Assembly (NCBI GenBank): GCA_012295275.1
Contig: CM022672.1
Span: forward strand, 29,574,001-29,638,000
DNA from: Chrysomallon squamiferum
Lineage: Eukaryota; Animalia; Mollusca
Length of the DNA stretch: 64,000 nt
Direction: 5' to 3'
Shown piece after piece: positions 40,622 to 61,496 of this stretch. The position numbers and the translations under genes are program-made. Each line of letters begins with the position of its first letter. Position 1 is the first letter of the stretch. Under the pieces are notes generated by a model, which was not told the DNA's origin, did no database searches, and saw nothing but the letters and a program-made list of their open reading frames with translations.

Positions 40622-41754
40622 TATCGTTTTTCATTCCTACTGTTTAAAACACACGATACTCGCCAGTTCAGTATTCAAGTTTAAACAGGATGTATTTTTG
40701 GCGGGGAGAAGTGTATTATTTTACACTGACCACCTACAAACCAGTTGTTGTGTCTCCTATTAATTATATTGTTGCAAATTGTGACAGTCATTTTATAAAA
40801 TTAGTTATATGTATCAAATTATAAATGTAACTCCTCTGTTTAATGAAAGAAAAAGTGAGATTACTGACAAAAAATTATATATCATTTTCAAGGTACTAGC
40901 GGTACTCAGATAATATTTAATCATATCATCTCAAAACGTGGTAGATAAACAAATTATAAAGTAGGTGTATATATCATAATTAAGTGTTAGATTGGGAAAT
41001 AAATTTACTTTATCGACTGAGAATAATAACATTCACTGAATTAGATTAGTTATGGAGGTTGGGTTTATGTTATATTATTTTCTACTTCCAAACTGTCCTC
41101 TACTTTGTTGTTTTTTAAACTTACAGATTATTTCTCTAGTGTGCCTCAAGCCGTGATTATTACTGTTTTTGCTTTTACTGTTGTTGTTATAATTGTTATT
41201 GTTATTGTTATTTCTTTATTGTTGTTGTTGTGGTTGCCTTTCTTCTTTTTATTATTATTATTATCATCATTATTATTAGTATTAGTATTATAAGAATTAT
41301 TATTAGTATTACTGTTTGCTACAATGTATAAAATGTTCTGTTCACAGATATGAAGGATGTTCTTTGACCCCTCTCTCATTACTACATACAAACAACAAAA
41401 CATGGTAACTGATATGTCAAAAATCGTGACTAGATACTGATTTCGATAACACAATCGGACATCTGTAGAGACGAGTTTTAAATAATACTGTTACAAATCA
41501 GATTTCGTCTTTTGTTTTCTCTGCACGCTCGAGTTTGAACAAGGACTGATTCACAATAATTACAGAGGAGGGACACAGGGCCGGTACTAGGATAAGGAAG
41601 AAAACCACATATTTATGTTTCATTTTGCTTTATTTAGTTTAGTTAAGAGAGAGAAAGAGTTATAAATAAGGGAAATTAAGTTCTCTTCATTTTAATGTTT
41701 CTTTCCATTGAAAAATGTTAGACTTTTGGGCAAATAATCAATATAGAAGTACAA

Positions 41755-48400
<6,646 letters not shown>

Positions 48401-48401
48401 T

Positions 48402-48432
<31 letters not shown>

Positions 48433-50302
48433 CTTACTTACATCGATTTACATATTATTCTTTTTTGTTCATATTTAAATTGAAAAAAGTATAATAATTA
48501 AATATAGATATTTATTTTATGAATTTATTTATTTATTTATTCGTATTCTGTTAATATGTAAGCTATATGTAATGCGTATTCGTAGCAGACGCACGATCTG
48601 ATGGACTGAGACATGAACATATATATAGATATATAGATAGACAGACAGGCATTGAGAGGTAGGTGGGTTTGACTGGTTTGTAAGTTAGTATATTAGGTAG
48701 TTAGTTACATATGTATGTAGATGTAAGAAGGTAAACTATACAGTTAATAGTTATTACATTTTTTGAAATTTAATGGTTTCTGCTGTTGACTTAAAATCAA
48801 GTGTACTGGGCGTACCTCTGCGGTTAAAGGCAGGTCATAAGATTAGTTCTCATTAAAAATGCCAATAATAAGCACTTCCGGTTCCTACCAATGTCTAGCA
48901 ATTTATTCAAAAGTCTTGCAAGGCCACTTCATTCAAAGAATCTTTGCGGAAAGAAAAACAGATCTTACTCAAATCTTAGTTCAGTATATCAATATTTTTA
49001 GTGATAGTCAAATTTGTCAAAAATCTGCATTTTTGTTATATTTTGTTTATAAAACTTTGAAAATTCTTATTTGTTTCACAATTAATGGCAAACAAGTATA
49101 CGTATCTTCTATTCGTAAAGTCTGTGTGTTACGTCACGGTTAATTTTGAGACTGATAGATTACACTAATATTTTTTTACTTTCGAGACTTGTCTTTTTTT
49201 TAATTTTTTTTTTTTTTAGCTACTCAGGGAGCGGTTTTCAAACAAATTGTTAAAGCTGCTCCCAGTTAGTTTGCCCGTCTATTTCTTTCATATAAGGCCA
49301 TTAGACAGTGTTTCATACAAAAAATCAGGAAATATTGAAACAATCTGTATCCTAACCCAAAGAAGAAAATAAACACACTCGATACTTTATCTTGTAAGCA
49401 GGTGAAGCGGTTCAAAGTGCTTCTGCCGACTGCAAGCAGTCTCCTACACCTTTACACTCAGGCCAAGTTGTTTTGTTACAGCGTCTCTGTATCACTCGTA
49501 CTATCATGCAAAGACACGACAGATAAATAGTTTATAGGCACCTATACTAGGTTTTATCTATTTGAGAATCCAGCCCTCATTAGTGCAATATGAGATGTTG
49601 CATTATTAGAATACTTCAGTTATATACATGGAACTGATCATTTAGATTTGTCAAGATATATTTCACTCAAAATATTTACTTTTCACTGACAAATATAATT
49701 GGTCTTTGCAAAATATATAAAAGTATTCTGACCTGACAAAACATTATCTTGATAAAGTAGGAAACCCTGAAACGTAAGCCACTTCTTCCAATATTCTTCT
49801 CTGTATTTCGTCCTGAGTGAACTGAACTTCACTGCATAGTACTTTTGTTAGATACCAGAAAGTAACAGAATACATCACAGCAAACTGGTAGTGATGGCAA
49901 AGATATATTTTCTTGATACTCGATATCGTGTCAGTGATAGTTTATGATCAGGTTTTTATTGCATATCATCACTACATCAGTAACAACATAAAAAAAAAAT
50001 AAAAACGAAAATAAAAATAATACACAAACTAACATATCATTTACAGCTAATAATTAATTATCCAGCTGTTAATTTATCCTTTATTTGATCATTGTTTACT
50101 CATTCACTGATTCTTTCACGTATCAATTAATGCTTTATTCTTTTGTTTATTAATAAATTATTTGTTCGTTCGTTCATTCATTATTCATTGTTCTATACAT
50201 TGTTTGTTCAGCAGATGTCAAATCATCTGAAATAGATGTATACATTTCTTTTTTTTTTTACTATGAATTAATATTTATTTTCAGGTACCAAAATACTGGA
50301 AG

Positions 50303-51173
50303 ATGGTGTTTCGTCGTTTTTGCCGATCACGGTAAATTATTATTTTCATATATAAACATTACTGATACTTTTTAATTGTATCGGGAATTTAAACAGAAGA
50401 TATTCCAATGCCCTACATGACCGTAATTCATTAATAATGAAATTACTGTTATTATTATTATTATTATTTCTTCTTCTTCTTCTTCTTCTTCTTAATACTC
50501 ATGATTTCAGTTTATGTTTACATACGTTTTACACATATATGTCTGTTTGTCTGAAATCTTGTATATGTGTACATATGTTGGTATCTTTGTAATCATTTGA
50601 AATTCGTTGGCGAAATGTTTTGCTCTCTCATTCATACAAAAAAAAAATAAAAATAAAAATAAATAATAAAAAGAAACAACAAATTATACTCATATGAAAC
50701 AATGTTGTTATTAGATCAACTGGCGCTAAGAGATCTCGTTTATGAAGATCGCTGTCATTACAGACTTTATTTGAAAACGTGTTGTATATTGTTAGAAAAA
50801 TTGTCAAGGTTACTAATTATACTCCACGATTTAGTAAAAATAACCTGATTTTAATTCTTTATTCATGTTACATCAGTTTAGTAACATTTGTTATCCGGGC
50901 AAATATAGAATATTTTCGCTTTTTAACTGGGTGTACGTCCCGTTTGTGAATGGTTTTGTGAATTATGTTTGAGTTAGCGTATGTATGTGGATGTATGTGA
51001 GGGTAACATACCTGTGTATGAGTGATTTTTTTTCATATGTTTGCTTCTGTAAATGAGCGTGTGCGTGTCAGTCATCAGTGTGAATATACTTGGCCCATGC
51101 TTGCCAATGGTCACTTCTTAGAAAACAATGAAATTCAGTTTTGTTTTCTTTATTTATTTTGTTTATTTATTTA

Positions 51174-51254
<81 letters not shown>

Positions 51255-52477
51255 CTGTTTGTTTATTTATTTATATATTTATTTATTTCAGCATCTTAGT
51301 CATCGTCGGGTGTATTACGTTCGTTTTATTGATTGCATACAACAAACCAGCATTTTTAGAGTTATCTTTCAAAGAAGAACTTTCTTCCAAATGCTTAACA
51401 ACTCGACAACCCAATTTTTGCGGTATCACAACAAGAGAAAACAGTTCTGATGTTCGGCACGTTGTGTTCATTAAGGTGCACAAAGCTGCCAGTACAACTA
51501 TTATGGATATTATTGTTCGTTTCGGTCTTTCACTGAACCTGACTTTTGCTACTCCTCGAAATGGCAATTTGATCAGCGAAAGCCGAACTCTTTTGTCGAC
51601 AGATATTCTTCCGTCGGTTCACAGTGGAAAATATGACATACTGTGTAATCACGTGATCTTTAACAAACCAGTGATATCAAACTACTTTCCTTCAGATACC
51701 AAATATATTGCAGTGTTACGTGATCCATTTGATCAGATGGTTTCAGCATTCATGTACTATAAGACTGTATACAGAATATCCTATCTACTCAAAATAACTG
51801 GTGAAAATCCAGTATCAGCTTACCTCGAGAATCCACTTTTACACGAACCCAGTAACCCAGTGTATTCATTTACCAATAACCGAATGTCTGTAGATTTGGG
51901 TTACGATCCAAGCAAACTGAAAAACTCTGATGAAGCTGATTATCTGAGGTTCATAAAACAGTTAGAGAATGACCTTGATCTTGTTTTAATTGTAGAATAT
52001 TTCGATGAATCTGTTGTACTACTTCGTCGCGTTCTATGCTGGAAAATGAAAGACATTATTTACATCACAGCAAACGCTTTGAAAAAACAAGATGATTATT
52101 TTTCACCCGAAGATCGCTATCGGCATCAAAAATTTGCACGGGTTGACTATGCAGTTTACAATCATTTTTACAAATTGTTCTGGCGTAAGGTTTTCGAACA
52201 CGGACCTAATTTCTTCGATGAAGTTCACACATTCCAAACAATTCGTCGCCAGGTGCGTACCTTCTGTTCACGTAAATTAAACGAGAGTGAACGCTTGCAC
52301 GTGAAGGAAAGCAAGTGGAGTCCGAAATTTGACGTGACCGCCACAGACTGCAGACTTATGACAATGGAAGAGATTCCGTTGGTTGAACTGGTGAGGCAGT
52401 ATCATCTAAAAATGCTGAAGGATCATCATGACGAAAGTAAAACCAGAAGTGAAGATTCAAAGTCTAAGCAAAACTAA
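50303..52477 (+). CDS. GAL3ST: Galactose-3-O-sulfotransferase (cerebroside sulfotransferase family), 404 aa; coding exons 50303-50331 and 51292-52477
   Basis: 5'-PSB motif VFIKVHKAASTT, YDILCNH, 3'-PB motif YIAVLRDP...VSAFMYY, NNRMSVDLG, DLVLIVEYFDESVVLLRRVLCW. A phase-2 intron (CG|GTAAAT ... TTTCAG|C) joins MVFRRFCRSR to the hydrophobic anchor ILVIVGCITFVLLIAY, giving type II Golgi topology. The exact paralog is not assignable. Confidence 0.92.
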
Positions 52478-52628
52478 GAAAAATGTAAATATATGTATAT
52501 GTTCTTTATCTATCTGAATTGGTTTTATTATTATTATTATTATTATTTTTTATTTTTACTATTATTATCTCATTTTGTGTTGTTGTTTTTGCTATTGTTG
52601 TTTCATTTAAGTTCTTAATTTCTAAATA

Positions 52629-53285
52629 CAGTGGTACCTTGACTTAAGAGTTTAACTCGTTCAGTGAGAGACCTCGTAACTCAGTTTGTTCGTATATCAA
52701 ATCAGTTTTCTCAAATGAAATTAACTAAAATACCGTTAATCCGTTCCAGCTCCGACAAAACCACCCCAATTGTTTATAACGTGTTTTTAACTAAGAAAAA
52801 ATGTTTTTATAAACGAGAAATATTGCATAAAAAACAATGAAAAGAGGATGTAAACAAATAAATTGGCTTTGTAAAGTGTATTTATCTCGGAGATAAGACA
52901 TTATTTGAATGCCTTTGACCAGAGTTATAGCCTTTATCCACGTGTGCTTCGTGGTACATATCGTAGAAGCACTAAGCTTGTACTGCCTTGCTAAGTCTTT
53001 TCAGCACTATATTTTGCACTCACTTTCGTAGGATCCATAGTCAGAAAAAGGAGGTTTGGCAAAACACTGCACAAATCGCGAGCACAGCACAACACAGATG
53101 CTTTAACGGCGAGATCACCACGTCAAGGAAACGAGTGAAACGCGAGATGCTGGCCGGATGTTTTGTTCTTAGTTTCGCTGACGGCGTATCTGAACCTCGC
53201 CCGTATCTCGATTTTTAGTTCGGAATTCAAAGCAGAGAATCGGAAAACTCGTAATCTGGTGCAGCCGGAAGTCAAGGCACCACAG
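52629..53285. mobile_element. Tigger/pogo-like MITE, ~657 bp
   Basis: TA|CAGTGGTACCTTGACTT ... AAGTCAAGGCACCACAG|TT imperfect terminal inverted repeats; no coding capacity. Confidence 0.8.
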
Positions 53286-53289
53286 TTTA

Positions 53290-54160
53290 TCTATGTTACG
53301 GTGTGGTCTTTTAAAACGATAGTGTTTTTACAATATGTATCTGCGTTCCAGTATCCTTATTCAACACGATGAACATTTGTACAATGTAACAATATATATT
53401 TATATCCCAGTATTGTGAATTAACACGATACACCTTTCTATCGTTATTTTCTTGTAACAGTATATATTTATATTCGAGTATGGTTAACTTTTATACAATA
53501 TAACAATATGTATCTATGTTCCACTATGGTTATTTAACTTTATGAACCTATGTACAGTATGACAGGATTTATATGCTACTCAGTGTTTATATAACAGGAT
53601 GATTTTTTATACAATATATCAACATATATTTATGTTCCAGTATCCTTATTTAACATGATAAGTCTTTGTACAACACGACAAGTCTTTGTACGATATGGTG
53701 ATTTAAAACGATAGTGTTTTTACAAGACAACAATATATATCCGTGTTCCATTATCCTTATTTAACACAAAGAAGATTTGTACAATGTAACGATATGTACT
53801 TATATTTCAGTATTGTGAATTAACACGATAAACCTTTGTATCGTTATTTAACATGATACGTGTATATTTATGTTCCAATATCGTTACTTAACACGATACG
53901 TCTTGGTACAACCCAACAATACACACCTATGTTCTAGTATGGTTAATTAACCTGATAAACCTTTGTACAATATAACAATATGTATTTATATTTCCAGTAT
54001 GGTTATTTAAAACGATAAATCTTTCTACAATATAACAATATATATTTATGTTGCAGTATCGTTATTTAACACGATATGTCTTTATACTATATAACAATGT
54101 ATATTTATGTTCCAATATGATGATTTAACACTCCAATCTTGTGTACAATGATACAATAAG
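53290..54160. repeat. Second degenerate array of the 59-bp satellite
   Basis: Same monomer (TTTGTACAATATAACAATATATATTTATGTTCCAGTATCGTTATTTAACACGAT) and same orientation as 23.8-29.6 kb. Confidence 0.9.
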
Positions 54161-55321
54161 AATTTCATATCGCAAACAATGAAATGAAATATTAGTGCAA
54201 GATGGTTCTTTCGTCACATAAAAAGATTTTAAAAAGATGCCTCAGAAAATTAGTTAAACAAAAGTCAACAGATCTTCATGTTGAAGAGGCATATATTTCT
54301 CTTTTCAATTGGCACATCTTGCTAAAATACATTAAAAATGTATATTTATTTTCCTGTTTAAAATTTATAAATTCAAATACATTATTTAGAGCATAAATAT
54401 AGCGTTTTGATTTCCACACTAATTCTGCATTTCTTGACATTCATTTTAATATTAATTAACACAGAACATGATTAACAAAAATTAATAAAACATAATATAC
54501 AAGTTCAGTTAATACAGTGTAGTTAATAAAATTGTGTTTTTATAATAATATAAACTAGTTATTAGTTACTAAATATTGTGGAATATAAAACAAATGCTGA
54601 CAACAAATTAAATTAAATACTTTAAGTCTAGTTTTCCGTGTTTAGTATGAGCAAATAAAAGTTCAGTGTACTGAATTCATGTGAGATTGTTATATTATTG
54701 ATTTGTATGGCTTAAAGAACTATGAGAAAAGAAGAAAAAACATTTATATCCCCCCATAAAAAAAAAAAAAAAAAAAAGTTGTTTCGCTGTAAAACGAGAG
54801 TGCGAAAGGAAAAGTGGAGAATTAACTAATAATAATGATATTTCACACATAATTTATAGGCTAATTTCTATTCCCACCAATAACATAAGCTTTATATATA
54901 TTTTTTAAATAAATCTGTGGGCTAATAATAATAATAATAATAATAATAATTGTTGTTGTTGTTGGCTGATTTTAAATATGCTTTTCTGTGTTTCTCTGTC
55001 CAGTGAGTGTTTGACGAGAGAGTCACGCCCTGTTTTAAAAACACTGAATTTGTATGTTTGGTGTTCTAATCTTTGCAGTCACGGGAGCCAGCCGACAGAA
55101 ATACAGTAATCATATTAAAGATAAACACAATAATAATAATAAAATAAAAACAAAACATAAAACAGAAACATCCCTCTGCAAAAATAGGCAATAAACAAAA
55201 AATAAATGGAAAAATAAAACAACTAAGATATAAACTACATTCTAAGTAGATTATGATTGTACGTCTTTTTACGTAGTTGCATATGAATGGATTAAAAAAA
55301 AATAATAATAATAAAAAAAAA

Positions 55322-55353
<32 letters not shown>

Positions 55354-55928
55354 GTAAATAATAAAAATTAAAATAATAAAAGTAAATAAATAAATAAAAA
55401 AATAAAAAAATAAAAATAAATTAAAAACATAAAACGTTCAATTTCGGACACCTTCCCTGTCTGTGAATATCTTGACTTAACATGCACACGAACTTCGGCA
55501 ACGTCGTCAAGAATGGCACATATTTACAGGTGATTCTAACTGCCTAATCTGAGAACTAGGTCAAGATACAGCACTGATAAAAAAAAAAAATGTACAAATT
55601 ACATACTAATGAAAGTCCAAGTTTTAAAAGTTTTTTTTTTTTTTTTTTTTTATTTTTTAGTGAGATGGAAAATAAAAAAGAGAAAAAAATAAATAAAAAA
55701 AAAAAAAAAAAAAAAAGTAACTCTGTACGTAGATTTAATATCATTTCGCATGAGAAAGAAAATAAATATGAAAATTATTCAAGATCTGGAAAATTTCCAG
55801 CAAGACCAATGACGGAACAAAAGGACTTGATTCATTTTGGATCACAGGCTAATTGGTTATAATTTTTAGATTTCATGTAACAACAACATAATAACGAGAA
55901 TAATAATAATAATAATAATAATAACAAT

Positions 55929-55967
<39 letters not shown>

Positions 55968-56296
55968 AATAATTAAAATAATAATAATAAAAATACTGAA
56001 ATTATTAATGCAGATGCCCTCATACGAAAAGATTCTATGTGTTGAACAATTAATTTCTAGTTTTTGCATTCTTTACAGAAAGCTTATATGCCTGATATCA
56101 ACATGATCAGATACAAATTATTATTATTTTTTTTTATGTATTTAATTTTATTTATTTATTTACTTATTATTATTATTGTTGTTCTTATTGTTAATATTAT
56201 TATTTAAAAACATATCTGACGAGAGCATTCAAGAAGTATTATAATTCCATTATTTATTGCCTTTTTAAGATAGATATATATTTCTATTTATTGCAG

Positions 56297-56487
56297 GCGC
56301 ACATGAGAAAAATGTAAATTCATTGTCGTTAAGAAAGAACATAATTTTGAGTCTGTGACGAAAAACAAGCAAAATAGAAAATCAGATCTTTATCCAACCT
56401 ACTACAAGAGGTATTCCAAAGAAACCAGATATTTCTCCATCACGTTGAAAAACCATCTCTGGCTTAAGTAAAGTGCGAAGTAAATCC
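56297..56487 (+). pseudogene. Degenerate exon-like segment paralogous to the 19969 and 22765 segments
   Basis: After a TTGCAG acceptor it reads AHEKNVNSLSLRKNIILSL*...TRGIPKKP, cf. AETKNANVLILKRFRRITFNL...LRSILKKQ; in-frame stops present. Confidence 0.3.
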
Positions 56488-56622
56488 AGAGTCATGTCTT
56501 AACTTTGGAACTATTTAACTAACAACTTTGATTTTTGTATCACTGAAATCATAATAAAATGAACTACAATTATAGTTAGGAGTCAGCCTTTTATTTCCAA
56601 AACAGGAAATCACTTTTGTATA

Positions 56623-56668
<46 letters not shown>

Positions 56669-56835
56669 ATCATAATAATAAAATCATTGTAATAATATGA
56701 CTATAAAATAGAAAAACAACGCTAACAATTACGAAGTGGCCGACGATGGCAGAAATATAAAATATTTAAAATTACAACAACAGCAGTAATAATAATAATA
56801 TAACAGAAACTATTTCATTGATCAGACGTATTCAT

Positions 56836-56924
56836 GTTCAGTGAAACGTAATATCCTCCTGGTGTATGATTTGTCTAATTCTCTCAAGAATGTACCATCA
56901 ACACCACCACCAGTAACAACATCA
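56836..56924 (+). repeat. ~90-bp repeat, inverted copy at 63897-63985
   Basis: GTTCAGTGAAACGTAATATCCTCCTGGTGTATGATTTGTCTAATTCTCTCAAGAATGTACCATCAACACCACCACCAGTAACAACATCAA matches the reverse complement of 63897-63985 with about 3 mismatches. Confidence 0.9.
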
Positions 56925-56929
56925 AAAAA

Positions 56930-56992
<63 letters not shown>

Positions 56993-57013
56993 AAGAAGAA
57001 GAAGAAGAAAAAG

Positions 57014-57054
<41 letters not shown>

Positions 57055-57438
57055 GCTAACGACAACAACAACTGGATCAGTAGTAATAACACACTGTAAG
57101 ACATCGCCGGCGACCAAACAGTAATAATAATAATTTTAATATATATATATAGAGATTATTATTATTATTATTTTATTTTATTTTATTTATTCTGTTTTCT
57201 TCTTCTTATTGTTGTAGTGATTATTATTATGTACTTATTTATTTATTTATTTGTTTGTTTTTATTTGTATTATTATTTGATCTATTTGATTAAGACGCTA
57301 AACACAATTATTTGACATGAAATTATTTTGAAGTAAAATCCTTTTCTTAGAAAAGAGACAATATCAGGATGTTTTCTGTGGAGTATACCAGGTAATGTAA
57401 TAGATATTTCTTTTTTTTTCTTTCTTTCTTCTTCTTCT

Positions 57439-57479
<41 letters not shown>

Positions 57480-57494
57480 TTCTTCTTCTTCTTC

Positions 57495-57536
<42 letters not shown>

Positions 57537-57861
57537 TTTTATGTAGGTGGGCGATCTTGGATTGCGGGCACACTTATTAAGCAAATTATTACTATCCAGA
57601 AGTTATTAAAAACAATTCATATATATTATTATTTTGTTACCCATCAATGACAGAAATGTTAAATGCTGTAAAATTTATAAAAAAAAATCATCATCTGAAA
57701 GTAACTCGACATAATATATTATTTCTCCAGGTAACAATACTCCCTTATAATTAAGTAACTGTTATGTTGTGGTTTGGTTTTCATTATGTTTTTATGCATG
57801 TTATGTTTCTCCATTACTCTTGAAGACATTCAGAAATTTACTACTTACTATTTCATTATTA

Positions 57862-57919
<58 letters not shown>

Positions 57920-58372
57920 GATTGTTGTTGTTGTTGTTGTTTTATATAATTTTGTTACTTAATTAGCTCTGTAATAACCTAAATTTTAATGTTAATGTGA
58001 TAGAAATGAACATAATATTCTAATTATGAATTATTTTCTCCACGGCTAGTGAAAAATCAAAGATACATAAAACGTATTCATTAACACGTGTATCACCTTA
58101 CAGAGAATAATTATTACTTGTCTTGTAAAAGGCGTGTTAATCCGCGCCACCAAATAGTTCAGTGTTCACGTCTTTCTTCTCAAGAGCCACACAGCCCTTC
58201 ATCAACTCTCTCAGTGAGAATCTGTTTTGTCGTGTAAAAATTATTTATTGGTAATTTGTTGTATAAGACTATTTGAATTAGATGGAGTGAATTTGTGAAG
58301 TGTACGTTTGACTAAATGTAATGCAGTGAGAACACATATTAATTTTAACTTTTTATTGTAATAATAATAATA

Positions 58373-58430
<58 letters not shown>

Positions 58431-58594
58431 GTCATATTTATTATTTATTTATTTATTCAGTTGGTTGGTTAGTTAGTAAGTTAGTTAATTGGTTAGTTAA
58501 TAAGTTATTATGAGCGTCTGCGAGAAAATACATGCATGAATTTATTGTTACCGTCTGAAATTTTCCTTCAAAGAAATGCAAACAAAACAGAAAG

Positions 58595-58643
<49 letters not shown>

Positions 58644-60678
58644 TACACTCACACACACACAGATACACTCACACAGATACACACACACACATTATTTTAT
58701 TATAGTTTTCATACATTCATTGTGAGAGTGAAACATATTAATCTATTTTTAATCTATAAATTTTATTAATAAACATTATCTTGCCTTTAGTTTTTATAGG
58801 TTATTCTCACAGAATTGTTTCGTATATTGGTCATTTCCAACAATTATTTTTCCTTATGCTCTAAAAAATGAAATAGTACAATTGTATATAGGTTCGCGGC
58901 CATGGCGGAAATTTCTGTAGATGACATTATTATCGTTTTAAATTTCCTCAAAATTAGTTCTGTTTTAATATCTTATCACACGCACACACATACAAACACA
59001 CATATATACACACACATGCGCACACAACATCTACATACACATAAATTCACAGACATATACACACACAAACCAAGAATTTCTACTATATATTGTTGCTCTA
59101 AGTGAGAGTGAAATGATACGATAATGTGTTTTAGCAGTCTTTGTAAATCAAATGGTTTTATTGAGTTTGCGCTGCATACATTAGTGCAAACTTGATAATC
59201 ATACAACAATGGAGTCTAATCTTATTTATATGAGTCTCAAGATGATGATTCACTTACTCTCATCAAGAGTACCTTGTACAGATTGACACTAACAAATTAC
59301 GAAAGATTTGACCTAAAGAGAAATATTATTATGTCAAACTAAAAATGTATTATCTTCTACTATATGTTCATGGCGACCAATAACCGTGACATAAACCAGA
59401 TATAGGAAGATCATATTAAAAACTAATAAACCACAAGATGTAACTTATTATGATAAACATGATTTTAAAAGTGCTACTTCATGATAAAGAAAGTAAAAGA
59501 AAATCAGAGTGATTTGTTATCACAGTGTTGCGTGCAGTGTACATTTAGTTTACTACATATACAAGTTAATATTCGGCGAATAACGTTTATTTCTTTGTTC
59601 CTTAAAAGCTACACAAAATATTTCACTGCAATCAGATATATCCTGATCTGAAAAGCATTACAACTGTTTTGTTTCACTTTTCTGTTGTTTTTTTTTTAAT
59701 AATTATAAACGCTGGCTTGCAACTGTTTGATTCTGTAAGATTATGCACGTTTATTTTTAAAATATTTGGAGGATGTATACAAACATATTTAATGTTTTAT
59801 TTCAAACGACATTGAAACTTAAGATCTAAACACCTTTATTAACAACATGTTTTTATTTCATACACAGTTCTTTAACTTATGATCAGGCCTATTGTCTTTA
59901 TCAGTTTTACATCATAGTAATAATTACTCATGTTATAATCTTACAAATCCCATTTCAGAATTATTTCCCATGTAATTAACATAAACTTTACTACATTATG
60001 GGCATCTAGAGATACGCGGTTTTAAGTAAAAGTAGTCTAATTTTATTATATATTTCTATTATAGACAACGTAGATATGTTTGTTAGTTTCTTTTATTTAG
60101 TTTTAATCAATATTACTATATATCAAACAGTTTTTCAACGTCATTGTTTGATCAAACTTCTAAGTACATTTATTTCAGCTGTTTATACACTTCAACTCAT
60201 AATAAAATATGTTTCATATATGTCAAATTTTAACTTCAGTAATCAATATGTCAATTTGGATTTTGTCTATTTTCGTTATTATGAATTAAAAACGCATATC
60301 CATTCTGTACACACACATATAAACACTCACACAGAGACACATACACAAACACAGACCGGCTAACACAGATTAGGCATTCTAATGTTCATACATATATATT
60401 TGGCCGGTGCGTACAGCACCCTACACAAAAAACACAGGAATTGGCTCAAACGTCGTTTTCCTTTGCCAATTTCCCTCTTGAACTCTCTTTCACCACAGTC
60501 ACTAACTATTTCGTTTAAACAGGAATTTCCCAAGTACTCTACGTTTAAACAAGGAGAAATAAACCTCACACGTCAATTGTGTTTATCTATCTTTAGATTG
60601 TGCTTCAAGTTCAGTCTCTCACAAATAATTACATGCATACATACATACATACACACATACATTTATACATACATATGT

Positions 60679-60908
60679 GAAGATTTCAATTCCAAAACGC
60701 GATAAACGACAAAATCAAAAAAAAAAAAAAAAAAAAAGCAAAAAAGTTGAGCATTTGACGGGTGTTCAACGCCCGATAATCATTTTCTTCAAAATGCTAT
60801 ATCCGCCGCTGTTCTACGAAGTAAACTATGTTCGTTACCTAGAGAAGAAATAGTCATTTTTTCAAAACAAAGTGAATGGATTTATGGCGTTTTCGAACCA
60901 AACTCTTC
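60679..60908. mobile_element. Small MITE (~230 bp), superfamily unassigned
   Basis: Left GAAGATTTCAATTCCAAAACGCGATAAA vs reverse complement of right end GAAGAGTTTGGTTCGAAAACGCCATAAA; inserted within an (ATAC)n tract. Confidence 0.65.
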
Positions 60909-61154
60909 ATATACATTCATACATACATACATACATTAGTTGATGAAAAGAAAAAAAAAGAAAGATAAACTAGATTAATGATCTTACAAAACAAATGGTT
61001 TATCAAATAATAATAATAATAATAATAATAATGATGAAAATAAAAAAAAAAAAAAAAAAATAGATAAATATATATATATATATATAACAAATGGTTTGCC
61101 CAATAATAATATTCCCGCCATCCCTTTCATAAAATGCTGGGGATATGACTCTAG

Positions 61155-61212
<58 letters not shown>

Positions 61213-61496
61213 GTTTCTCTATCTATCTATCTATCTATACTATTACATACTGAATTAGATAGAATTGTCTTATACTGTGTAGTACTAAAGTATTTATTTA
61301 TACGTAATACAGAATTAACTAACATTTCAGAACATTTTACATAAAGAATTAGATAATCTGCAATATATGATTACATATACAATTATGTAATAAACAGTAT
61401 GACAGAATTAGGTAACTTTCAATATATTATTATTATACAACAATTAGATCAGATGTCTTTATAGTTTTGCCTAGGGAATTATGTAACATTTTAATA

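Noticed and set aside
51128-51291. N-terminal 54 aa of the 449-aa ORF
   Set aside because: Encoded by (ATT)n/(AGT)n microsatellite ending in a canonical acceptor; it is intron.
58890-59105. GCCATGGCGG Kozak/YY1-like start with a 67-aa ORF
   Set aside because: The ORF runs into a CA microsatellite, with no convincing donor or homology.
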